Below, one piece after another: positions 16,875-24,885 of a DNA stretch of 26,322 nt. The first letter of the stretch is position 1; each line of letters opens with the position of its first letter. This DNA comes from Ignavibacteriales bacterium (GTDB taxonomy: Bacteria; Bacteroidota; Ignavibacteria; UBA10030), in the NCBI GenBank assembly GCA_016207365.1, contig JACQPU010000042.1, positions 1-26,322 of the forward strand. Reading direction: 5' to 3'. Under the pieces are notes generated by a model, which saw only the letters and a program-made list of their open reading frames with translations, ran no database searches and was not told the origin of the DNA. The position numbers and the translations under genes were made by a program.

Positions 16875-18116
16875 CTATTTGCGGCCTTTTCTGGCCACTC
16901 TGCGCTTCTTGGAGAGCCCGTTTTTGTTGATTCTGTAGTAGGTTTTGAGAGGAAGGCTAAAAATCTTGATGAATCCTTCGCTTGCTTTGTGGTCGAATGA
17001 ATCTTCCTCGGTGTACGTAGCCAGGCCACTATCGTAAAGCGAGTTCGGCGATGTTCTTCCCGCGATCTCCACATTTCCTTTGTACAGCTTGAGTTTGACA
17101 AGTCCATTAACAACTTTTTGCGTTTCGTTGATAAAGGCATCGTAGGCAAGGCGGAGCGGCGAGAACCACAGACCATTGTAAATCAGATCCGCATAGTCGT
17201 GAGCAATTTTTGCCTTAACATGCATCACATCTTTGTCAAGCGTCAGTCGCTCCAGTTCCCTGTGCGCAAAGTGTAATGCCACAGCCGCAGGCGCTTCATA
17301 GATCTCGCGGGATTTGATGCCGACGAGCCTGTTCTCCACAAGATCCATCCGACCAACCCCGTTCGCCCCCGCAATCACATTAAGTTCCTCAATCAGGTCA
17401 AATCCCTTCAGATATTTGCGATTCAGAGCGAATGGAACCCCTTCGCGAAAGTCGATCGTGACATACTGCGCCTTGTCGGGAGCTTGTTTCGGAGAGGCCG
17501 TTCGTTGATATGCATCTTCGGGCGGCTCAGCCATCGGATCTTCCAGAATTCCACATTCAATGCTCGTACCCCAAACGTTCTCATCGATCGAATACGGGCT
17601 TTTCTTTGTCGCCGTAACCGGTATCCCATGTCGTTCGCAATAGGCGATTTCTTCCTCTCTTGACCTGAATTCCCACTCGCGCACGGGAGCGAGCACCTTG
17701 AGTTCAGGCGCAAGGGCCGCCACCGCCGCTTCGAACCGAACCTGATCGTTTCCCTTGCCTGTGCATCCGTGAGCCACGGCCGTACACCGCTCTCTCCGCG
17801 CAACATCCACAAGGGCCTTCGCAAGCAGCGGGCGCCCAAGAGATGTCGCCATTGGATATGTGTGCTCGTACAGAGCCCCGCCTTTGAGCGATGGCCACAG
17901 GTATTCTTCGACAAACTCATCCCGCAGATCCTGAATGTAAACTTTCCGGGCTCCCGTTCTGTAGGCCTTGTCTGCAAGTCCTGCAAGTTCCTTTCTCTGT
18001 CCAAGGTTTCCCGTAACCGTTACAATCTCGGCGTTGTATCGTTCCTTCAGCCAGTGGACAATGACCGACGTGTCCAACCCTCCCGAATATGCCACGGCAA
18101 TGCGTTGTTTCTTCAC
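16875..18116 (-). CDS. argG: Argininosuccinate synthase
   Basis: [41 protein letters not shown] start with GAGAGGAGA RBS. Confidence 0.98.
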   Translation of the reverse strand: MKKQRIAVAYSGGLDTSVIVHWLKERYNAEIVTVTGNLGQRKELAGLADKAYRTGARKVYIQDLRDEFVEEYLWPSLKGGALYEHTYPMATSLGRPLLAKALVDVARRERCTAVAHGCTGKGNDQVRFEAAVAALAPELKVLAPVREWEFRSREEEIAYCERHGIPVTATKKSPYSIDENVWGTSIECGILEDPMAEPPEDAYQRTASPKQAPDKAQYVTIDFREGVPFALNRKYLKGFDLIEELNVIAGANGVGRMDLVENRLVGIKSREIYEAPAAVALHFAHRELERLTLDKDVMHVKAKIAHDYADLIYNGLWFSPLRLAYDAFINETQKVVNGLVKLKLYKGNVEIAGRTSPNSLYDSGLATYTEEDSFDHKASEGFIKIFSLPLKTYYRINKNGLSKKRRVARKGRK

Positions 18117-18174
18117 AATGTCTCCTCTCGTGGTGGTTTCACCGCACTATTCACAAACTGAATATCATGGCAAC

Positions 18175-18645
18175 TCAAGAACTTGCCGCCGGCCGCCTTC
18201 GGGCTTGCTCAGACATCAGGGACCGAATTACTCTCATCACATCCGGTATTTTCTTGACGGACGCGGGAGTGACAAGAATTGTGTTGTCTCCGGCAAGCGT
18301 GCCAAGCACGAGCGGATGACGAAGATTGTCAATAATCTCCGCCACTCCCTGCGCGCGTCCGGGTAACGTTTTAACAACAACGACAGACTCGTTCGCCCGA
18401 ATGCCTTCAATTTCGTAACCGAGGAAGGCTCTCATTTTTTGCTCTTCGTTTTCAGGCTGGAGGACATAACGTGGACCCTCAGGTACACTCACGCGCCCAA
18501 CGCCCAGCTCACGGAGATCCCGTGACAATGTAGCCTGTGTGACCGCAAATCCTGCTTTTTTCAACGCCTGAGCCAATTCCTCCTGTGTCGCAATTATCCG
18601 CTGGCCCAGAATTTCCTTGATCGCCAATTGACGCTTCTGTTTCAT
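18175..18645 (-). CDS. argR: Arginine repressor
   Basis: TQEEL, VTQATLSRDL DNA-binding motif, KTLPGRAQ, GTLAGDNT. Confidence 0.96.
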   Translation of the reverse strand: MKQKRQLAIKEILGQRIIATQEELAQALKKAGFAVTQATLSRDLRELGVGRVSVPEGPRYVLQPENEEQKMRAFLGYEIEGIRANESVVVVKTLPGRAQGVAEIIDNLRHPLVLGTLAGDNTILVTPASVKKIPDVMRVIRSLMSEQARRRPAASS

Positions 18646-19589
18646 GCTGAAATACCTCGAACTTTCTTCGTATCGTGTCTTATTGCCCCTGGAGCACAGA
18701 GGCCCGCCAAGACAGCCTTTTGCACATGCAGCCGGTTTTCGGCCTGATCAAATACCACCGACCGGGGGCCGTCAATCACCCCATCAGTAATCTCCTCACC
18801 GCGATGAGCCGGAAGACAATGCATCACCAAACAATCCGCCAGTGCTGCATTCATGAGCGCTTCATTTACCTGATAGCCCGCAAATGCCTTCTTCCTCCGT
18901 TCGGTCTCTCTTTCCTGACCCATGCTTGTCCACACATCGGTGTACACAACATCGGCGTTACGCACAGCCTCCATAGGGTCGTTCACAATATCAATTTTGC
19001 TAACACCTGCCGCCCGTGCCCGGCGCACGATAGACTCGTTTGGATAATAATCTTTTGGCGCTGCGAGAATGAAGTGAAGAGGGTAAAGCGCCGAAATCTC
19101 CAGCCAGGAGTTCACAACGTTGTTCCCATCGCCAATGAATGCAACTGTGAGCCCTGGATTCAGTTTCCCGTACTGCCGGATCGTGTAGAGATCGGCCAGA
19201 ACCTGGCATGGATGCGAAAGATCCGTGAGGGCGTTGATGACGGGAATCGTTGAATGACGGGCAAGATCAACAAGGACGCGGTGTTCGAACAGCCGTGCTA
19301 CGATCGCCGTACAATATCGTGACAAGAGAAGCGCCACGTCATGCACGGATTCCCGTGTACCGATCCCAATGCTTTCCTGAGACAGGAATGTCGTATGCCC
19401 CCCCAGCTGTGTCACAGCAACTTCGAAGGAGACTCGTGTACGCAGCGATGGTTTCTGAAAAATAAGTGCAACTGTTTTCCCCTCGAGAGGCAATCCCGAC
19501 TGGCCGGATTTCAGCAAGTCTGTGCGCTCAAAAAGGCCGACCAACTCTTCGCTAGTAAGATCAAAGAGCGTCAGGAAATCTTTTGTCAT
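18642..19589 (-). CDS. argF: Ornithine carbamoyltransferase
   Basis: FQKPSLRTR, HPCQ, DVWTSMGQE, HCLPAHRG. Confidence 0.96.
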   Translation of the reverse strand: MTKDFLTLFDLTSEELVGLFERTDLLKSGQSGLPLEGKTVALIFQKPSLRTRVSFEVAVTQLGGHTTFLSQESIGIGTRESVHDVALLLSRYCTAIVARLFEHRVLVDLARHSTIPVINALTDLSHPCQVLADLYTIRQYGKLNPGLTVAFIGDGNNVVNSWLEISALYPLHFILAAPKDYYPNESIVRRARAAGVSKIDIVNDPMEAVRNADVVYTDVWTSMGQERETERRKKAFAGYQVNEALMNAALADCLVMHCLPAHRGEEITDGVIDGPRSVVFDQAENRLHVQKAVLAGLCAPGAIRHDTKKVRGISA

Positions 19590-20479
19590 GATCCGGTCCC
19601 GTTGCGGCCGTTGTCCTTGTCGTGCAGCATTTGGGTGCCAATTCCCTCATCCGTAAAGATCTCAAGCAAAAGGGAGTGCTTGGCCCTTCCATCCACAATG
19701 TGCACTTTGCGAACCCCTGCCTCGAGCGTTTCAAATGCGGACCGGACCTTGGGGATCATTCCGCCAAAGATCTCCCCGCCGTCGATCATTCGTTGCGCCT
19801 CGGTCCGCGTCAGCGTGGATACCCGTCCGCCGGCTCCCAGAATTCCCTCAACATCACTCAAGTACACAAGTTTTTCCGCCTTCAGCGCCGATGCCACGGT
19901 TGCCGCAGCAAGATCGGCGTTGACGTTATAGACCTCGCCCGAAGGTCCCGCCGCCAACGGGGCAACGACCGGCATGAGGCCATTTCGAAGAAGCATCTCA
20001 AGAAAAGCTTCATGCACCGTGGAGACGACGCCGACATACCCAAGATCAGGTCCGTCGGCTGACAGCGGGTGTGCCTTCAATAATCCGTTATCCAGCCCGC
20101 AGATTCCAATCGCGTTTCCGCCGTTGCGGTTGATGAGATGAACGATCTCCTTGTTGAGTTTTCCGGCAAGAACCATCAACACAACACGAACCATGGCTTC
20201 GTCTGTGTACCGTTGACCATCCACAAAACGCGTTTCAATGCCAAGAGCTGAGGCCACATCCGTAATCTCTTTCCCACCCCCGTGAACAATGACAATATTG
20301 ATCCCGATTTTTTTCAGGATCGTGACATCCTTTGCAAAGGTTTGCTTTAATGCCTCATCGGTCATGGCCGCTCCGCCGTACTTGATGACGAAGGTCTTAC
20401 CCTCGTACGTTTGAATGTACGGCAGTGCTTCGATAAGCACTTCTTCCTTGGTGGCGTAATCGATGGCTTTTGTGTTCAC
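19586..20479 (-). CDS. argB: Acetylglutamate kinase
   Basis: VIKYGGAAM, VHGGG, RYTD, NVNAD, GGMIPKV. Confidence 0.97.
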   Translation of the reverse strand: MNTKAIDYATKEEVLIEALPYIQTYEGKTFVIKYGGAAMTDEALKQTFAKDVTILKKIGINIVIVHGGGKEITDVASALGIETRFVDGQRYTDEAMVRVVLMVLAGKLNKEIVHLINRNGGNAIGICGLDNGLLKAHPLSADGPDLGYVGVVSTVHEAFLEMLLRNGLMPVVAPLAAGPSGEVYNVNADLAAATVASALKAEKLVYLSDVEGILGAGGRVSTLTRTEAQRMIDGGEIFGGMIPKVRSAFETLEAGVRKVHIVDGRAKHSLLLEIFTDEGIGTQMLHDKDNGRNGTGS

Positions 20480-21696
20480 GACCGGTAGCTCGCGTTAATG
20501 TGTACGTATTCTTTTGTCAAATCACAGGTCCAGAATCGCACTTTTTCATGACCGCGATTCAACTCGATTGTGATCAGAACTTGCTCCCGGGCAAGCGCGG
20601 CTGCAGTCTTTTGCTCATCGAGGACAATTTCATATCCTTTGTTCAGCACCGGCAGATTGTTGATCCGAATTTCCACAATCCCGGGATCCACAGGGGCGCC
20701 TGAGTAACCGACTGCGGCCATGATTCGCCCCCAATTTGCATCGTTGCCGTGCATAGCAGTTTTCACCAAATTCGAGTTAGCCACCGAGCGGGCGACGACT
20801 TCGGCCTCCTGCTCAGTACTTGCCCCCTTCACATATACTTCGATGAGCTTTGTCGCTCCCTCGCCATCCCGTGCGATCATTTTTGCAAGTTTGATCATCA
20901 CGTACTCCAGCGCCGAACTGAAGAGCTGAAATTCCTCCGAATGCTCGCCAAATGGTTCATTATTTGCCACCCCGTTCGCCAGTACCAACGCCATGTCATT
21001 CGTGCTCATGTCCCCGTCCACCGTGATCCTGTTGAAAGACTTGCGGTTTGCACAATGGAGAGCTTTCTGAAGCATGCGGTGATCAATGACTGCATCCGTG
21101 GTGATGAATGCCAGCATGGTGGCCATGTTCGGCGCGATCATTCCGGATCCCTTCGCCATCCCGCCGATTCTCACCACCGTTCGGCCGAGCGTAAACTGTA
21201 CGGCCGCTTCTTTTTTGTAGGTATCCGTGGTCATAATCGCTTCGGCGGCGCTTTGTCCGCCCGACTCGTTGACCAAAGGAATGAGTTCGCGGATTCCGGC
21301 CAGGACTTTGTCCATCGGCATATATTGACCAATTACGCCTGTGGACGAAACTATAACTTGTTCTTCCGGAATCCCAAGTCCATGGGCTGCGGTCCTCACC
21401 ATTTCCCATGCATCGTTGAGGCCCCGCTCGCCCGTACAGGCGTTGGCATTTCCACTGTTTATGATCACGGCCGAGCAGAGGGAAGATCGCTGAAGTTGAA
21501 CCTTATCGACGAGGATTGGAGCGGCAAGAGTCCTGTTTTGCGTAAATACGGCTGCAACGCGTGAGGGCCGGTCAGATCGAATGATCGCCAGATCTTTCTT
21601 TGCTTTTCGTATTCCACAATAGACTCCCCCGGCCGTAAACCCGCGGGGCAATGTCACTCCGCCCTGACATTCGTGGACATCACCGTTCGATTTCAC
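20476..21696 (-). CDS. argJ: Ornithine acetyltransferase (possibly bifunctional with N-acetylglutamate synthase activity)
   Basis: NSGNANACTG, STGVIG, AIMTTDT, KGSGMIAPNMA|TML autocleavage site, DGEGATK. Confidence 0.97.
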   Translation of the reverse strand: MKSNGDVHECQGGVTLPRGFTAGGVYCGIRKAKKDLAIIRSDRPSRVAAVFTQNRTLAAPILVDKVQLQRSSLCSAVIINSGNANACTGERGLNDAWEMVRTAAHGLGIPEEQVIVSSTGVIGQYMPMDKVLAGIRELIPLVNESGGQSAAEAIMTTDTYKKEAAVQFTLGRTVVRIGGMAKGSGMIAPNMATMLAFITTDAVIDHRMLQKALHCANRKSFNRITVDGDMSTNDMALVLANGVANNEPFGEHSEEFQLFSSALEYVMIKLAKMIARDGEGATKLIEVYVKGASTEQEAEVVARSVANSNLVKTAMHGNDANWGRIMAAVGYSGAPVDPGIVEIRINNLPVLNKGYEIVLDEQKTAAALAREQVLITIELNRGHEKVRFWTCDLTKEYVHINASYRS

Positions 21697-22709
21697 AGGA
21701 GTGCCTCCGATTCGTTAAACCCCAGCATCAGGTTCATGTTCTGGACCGCCTGACCCGCAGCGCCCTTCACAAGGTTGTCAATTGCCGAAAGCAGAATCAC
21801 GCGGCCTGAGTCATTGTCAATAGAGAATCCGATATCAATGTAATTGGTATGGACTACGTGTTTGATTTCTGGAACCGGAATGAACCGGACAAACGGCTCT
21901 GAAGCATAGTACTGCTGAAAAACACCATGAATCTTTTCAGACGTTGCGCCCGATGCCAGCGGCGCGGAAATCGTCGTATAAATCCCTCGTATAATGGGAA
22001 GCAGGTGCGGAACGAACGTAAAGGATACGGCGGAAGATGAAAACTCGCGAAGAGCGCGGGCAATTTCAGGTATATGCTGGTGGGTGCCGACTTTGTATGC
22101 TTTGACCGATTCGCACACTTCCGCAAACGAGAGTTCAGGCGATGCGCTCCGTCCGGCACCTGAAACGCCTGACAGCGAATTGATCACAATGCCGGTACTT
22201 TCAATGAGATGTTCTTTCAGAAGAGGAAGAAGCGGAAGAAGGACGCTTGTTGGGTAACACCCCGGGTTTGCTACAAAGGTCGAATGTCTGATATTGGCGC
22301 GATTCCATTCGGGAAGTCCATAGATTGCCGTACCCAGAAGATGTTCCGCCGTATGAGTTCGTTTGTAATATCGCTCATAGACGCCGGCACCGTCCAAACG
22401 GAAATCTCCGCCCAAGTCAATAACGCGTTTCCCCCGGCTAAGGAGTTCCGGGACCAGATTCATCGCTTCGCCGGAGGGCAAAGCGATGAAGACCATATCA
22501 CTTTGGCAAGCGGCTTCGGGTGAGTATGGTTCCAGAAGTGCATCCAGAATTCCCAGAAATCGCGGCAGGACATCCTGAACCCGTTTCCCGGCCGACGCAT
22601 GAGCAAAGAGTTTGCCGATCGTAACAGAGGGATGCCTGGAAAGAATTGTAAGAAGTTCGGCGCCTGAGTACCCCGACGCGCCGACAAGAGAAACCACGGC
22701 GTTTGGCAT
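21693..22709 (-). CDS. argC: N-acetyl-gamma-glutamyl-phosphate reductase
   Basis: VGASGYSG, ANPGCYPT with the catalytic Cys, SGVSGAG, DNLVKGAAGQAVQNMN. Confidence 0.98.
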   Translation of the reverse strand: MPNAVVSLVGASGYSGAELLTILSRHPSVTIGKLFAHASAGKRVQDVLPRFLGILDALLEPYSPEAACQSDMVFIALPSGEAMNLVPELLSRGKRVIDLGGDFRLDGAGVYERYYKRTHTAEHLLGTAIYGLPEWNRANIRHSTFVANPGCYPTSVLLPLLPLLKEHLIESTGIVINSLSGVSGAGRSASPELSFAEVCESVKAYKVGTHQHIPEIARALREFSSSAVSFTFVPHLLPIIRGIYTTISAPLASGATSEKIHGVFQQYYASEPFVRFIPVPEIKHVVHTNYIDIGFSIDNDSGRVILLSAIDNLVKGAAGQAVQNMNLMLGFNESEALL

Positions 22710-22742
22710 GTATAATTATACAAAAATGTGAATAATTATGCA
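22709..22742. promoter_or_regulatory. Tandem ARG boxes (ArgR operator)
   Basis: TGTATAATTATACA (22709-22722, perfect palindrome) and TGAATAATTATGCA (22729-22742), centres 20 bp apart. Both match the TGAAT-N4-ATTCA ArgR consensus and overlap the promoter. Confidence 0.9.
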
Positions 22743-22743
22743 A
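22715..22743 (-). promoter_or_regulatory. arg operon promoter
   Basis: On the minus strand: TTGCAT (22743-22738), 17 bp spacer, TATAAT (22720-22715), then only TATAC before the ATG. Confidence 0.8.
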
Positions 22744-22754
22744 GAAGAAAATAT

Positions 22755-22780
22755 AAAAAAAGCCCCGCTGTGGACGGGGC
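22755..22780 (-). terminator. Rho-independent terminator of the outer-membrane protein gene
   Basis: On the minus strand: GCCCCG-TCCACAG-CGGGGC followed by TTTTTTT. Confidence 0.88.
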
Positions 22781-22801
22781 GTTTGCCAAATCTTTTGGTT
22801 C

Positions 22802-23500
22802 TTAGAAATACACGGCGAGCGTCAAAACGCCCTGTGAGGCGATGCTGAAGCCACTCGAGCTTCCAAGCTTTGTGGTGACTGTCGTGGTACCCGCGGTCAC
22901 TTCCTGGTCTTTTCTCGACGTGGAGGTGAACCCCAGACGGTACTCGCCTGCGAGACTCAATTCCTTCCACAGGAAAAACTCGAATCCAGCAAGTCCATAG
23001 ACGGTAAAGGCTGTTCCGCCCAGATAATTGACGCCACCGATGTTTTCCCCGGCAACGGAATTTTTGGTAGTTGTCTGCGACGGCGGCGGATTACCGACCA
23101 CGGCATTCTTCATCTCCGTGCTGGTCGTCGAAAACCCGATGCCACCCCCGAGGTAAGGGCTCACACGGCCTTTTCCCATATGAAGCTCAATTGCGGCGCT
23201 GACGCCAATCTGCGTGGCAGACTGGCTCCCATCGACGCCCGATTGACCAGCGGGCGGGTTTGCCGGATTAGTCGTGCTCCCCGTGGCAAACTGCAGACCA
23301 GCCCGAACGGCCATAGCTTCAGAAAGGTAATATTTCGCCCCAAACCCCCCGTCAAAATTGCCGGCATTCAGGAATGAAAGCCCTGCAAACGAAAACAACA
23401 GCGCCTTTGATCCACCGGTCAGGTTCGGCGTCACTTCCTGCGACTGTGCTACAGGTGCCGCCAGCGTAAGAACCAGGAGGCAAGACAGGAGTTGTTTCAT
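22802..23500 (-). CDS. Small outer-membrane beta-barrel protein (OmpA/OmpW-like, probably 8-stranded)
   Basis: Signal peptide MKQLLSCLLVLTLAAPVAQSQ, AAGGAG RBS, strands GGFGAKYYL, SPYLGGGIGF, LAGFEFFL, LSLAGEYRL, and C-terminal LAVYF. Start corrected from the ORF-track 23812. Confidence 0.85.
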   Translation of the reverse strand: MKQLLSCLLVLTLAAPVAQSQEVTPNLTGGSKALLFSFAGLSFLNAGNFDGGFGAKYYLSEAMAVRAGLQFATGSTTNPANPPAGQSGVDGSQSATQIGVSAAIELHMGKGRVSPYLGGGIGFSTTSTEMKNAVVGNPPPSQTTTKNSVAGENIGGVNYLGGTAFTVYGLAGFEFFLWKELSLAGEYRLGFTSTSRKDQEVTAGTTTVTTKLGSSSGFSIASQGVLTLAVYF

Positions 23501-23554
23501 ACGTTTTTGCTCCTTACTTAATGGTTGTTGGTTTTTCCCAGAATCCTGGTTCAA

Positions 23555-23583
23555 AATATAGTCGCAGAAATTTCCATTTACAA
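23555..23583 (-). promoter_or_regulatory. sigma70-like promoter for the beta-barrel gene
   Basis: On the minus strand: TTGTAA (23583-23578), 17 bp spacer, TATATT (23560-23555). Confidence 0.6.
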
Positions 23584-23720
23584 GGCTGCCCTTGAGCGTC
23601 GTCACAGCCCCCATTTTTGCGGAATTCTTGAATCGTATCGTGGAATGGAAGATTTTTACGTAAATTAAGTCCTCCAAACTGAGTTTTTTCTTCAACGAAA
23701 CAACCGAGAAGGTTATTTTC

Positions 23721-24818
23721 ATGGGATTTACGTGCGGAATTGTGGGCCTTCCCAATGTTGGGAAATCCACGCTTTTCAACGCTATCACTGCCGCCGGAGC
23801 CGACGCATCCAACTACCCGTTTTGCACGATCGACCCGAACATCGGTGTGGTTATCGTGCCAGATAACAGGCTGAACAGACTCACGGATATTTACAACCCC
23901 GCAAAAACCGTCCCGACCGCCATTGAGTTTCTCGATATTGCGGGCCTCGTGAAGGGGGCAAGCAAGGGGGAAGGACTCGGCAATCAGTTCCTTGCTCACA
24001 TACGATTGGTTGACGCCATTGCCCATGTTGTCCGTTGTTTTGACGATCCCAATGTCGTGCACGTGGACGGCTCAGTCAACCCGCAGCGTGACATCGAAGT
24101 CATCGAAACGGAATTGATCCTCAAGGACCTCGAAACTGTCGACAAAAAACTTGCCGAGGCAGAACGGCGGGCAAAAAGTTCAGACAAGAAGGCCAGAGCT
24201 GAAGCGGAGTTTTACGAACGGATCCGAATGCATTTCGGCTCCGGTCGTCTCGCACGCTACTTCGCGATACAGGGAGATGAAGAATCTGTCTGGATGCGCG
24301 ATCTCCATTTGCTCACGCGAAAACCCGTGATGTATGTTTGCAACGTACACGAACGCGATCTCCATGCTGACAACGCGTATGTCACAACCGTGAGAGAGAT
24401 TGCGGCCCGGGAGGACGCGCGGGTTGTTGTCGTTTCAGCAGCCGTCGAGGCCGAGGTATCCGAGCTTCCTGAGAACGAGCGGGCTCACTTTCTTCAAGGA
24501 TTGGGTCTGGAAGAATCCGGCCTGAACAAGGTCATCCGGGAGGGCCATGACATGCTCCATCTCGTTACATTCTTCACGGCCGGACCGAAAGAGGTTCATG
24601 CATGGACGGTGGAGCGCGGTACTGCCGCCCCTCAGGCCGCGGGAATTATTCACTCCGATTTTGAGCGCGGATTCATCCGCGCGGAAATCATGGCATTTGA
24701 GGATCTTAACCGGCTGGGCTCAGAAGCCGCGGTGAAAGAGCGCGGGCTTTTGAGAATCGAGGGACGCGATTATACGATTCAGGATGGGGATGTTGTGTTT
24801 TTCAGGTTTAATGTCTGA
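23721..24818 (+). CDS. ychF: Redox-regulated ATPase YchF (Obg family)
   Basis: [47 protein letters not shown]-domain end [10 protein letters not shown]. Confidence 0.98.
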   Translation: MGFTCGIVGLPNVGKSTLFNAITAAGADASNYPFCTIDPNIGVVIVPDNRLNRLTDIYNPAKTVPTAIEFLDIAGLVKGASKGEGLGNQFLAHIRLVDAIAHVVRCFDDPNVVHVDGSVNPQRDIEVIETELILKDLETVDKKLAEAERRAKSSDKKARAEAEFYERIRMHFGSGRLARYFAIQGDEESVWMRDLHLLTRKPVMYVCNVHERDLHADNAYVTTVREIAAREDARVVVVSAAVEAEVSELPENERAHFLQGLGLEESGLNKVIREGHDMLHLVTFFTAGPKEVHAWTVERGTAAPQAAGIIHSDFERGFIRAEIMAFEDLNRLGSEAAVKERGLLRIEGRDYTIQDGDVVFFRFNV

Positions 24819-24840
24819 AGGAGAATTTTAATTATCGACT

Positions 24841-24875
24841 GGAAACCGGAGATCAGAGATCGAAAATCGACAATT
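24841..24875. repeat. Degenerate 7-bp tandem repeats in a convergent intergenic region
   Basis: GGAAACC GGAGATC AGAGATC GAAAATC GACAATT. Confidence 0.4.
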
Positions 24876-24885
24876 ACCAGGTTCC

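Noticed and set aside
18642-19589. N-succinyl- or N-acetyl-ornithine carbamoyltransferase suggested by the SLRT motif
   Set aside because: The SMG loop (DVWTSMGQ) and HCLPAHRG are of the canonical OTC type; the variant enzymes lack SMG and have HCLP(V/L)RR.
23690-23720. ychF promoter TTCAAC-17-TATTTT
   Set aside because: The -10 hexamer would sit 1 nt from the ATG, too close even for a leaderless transcript.
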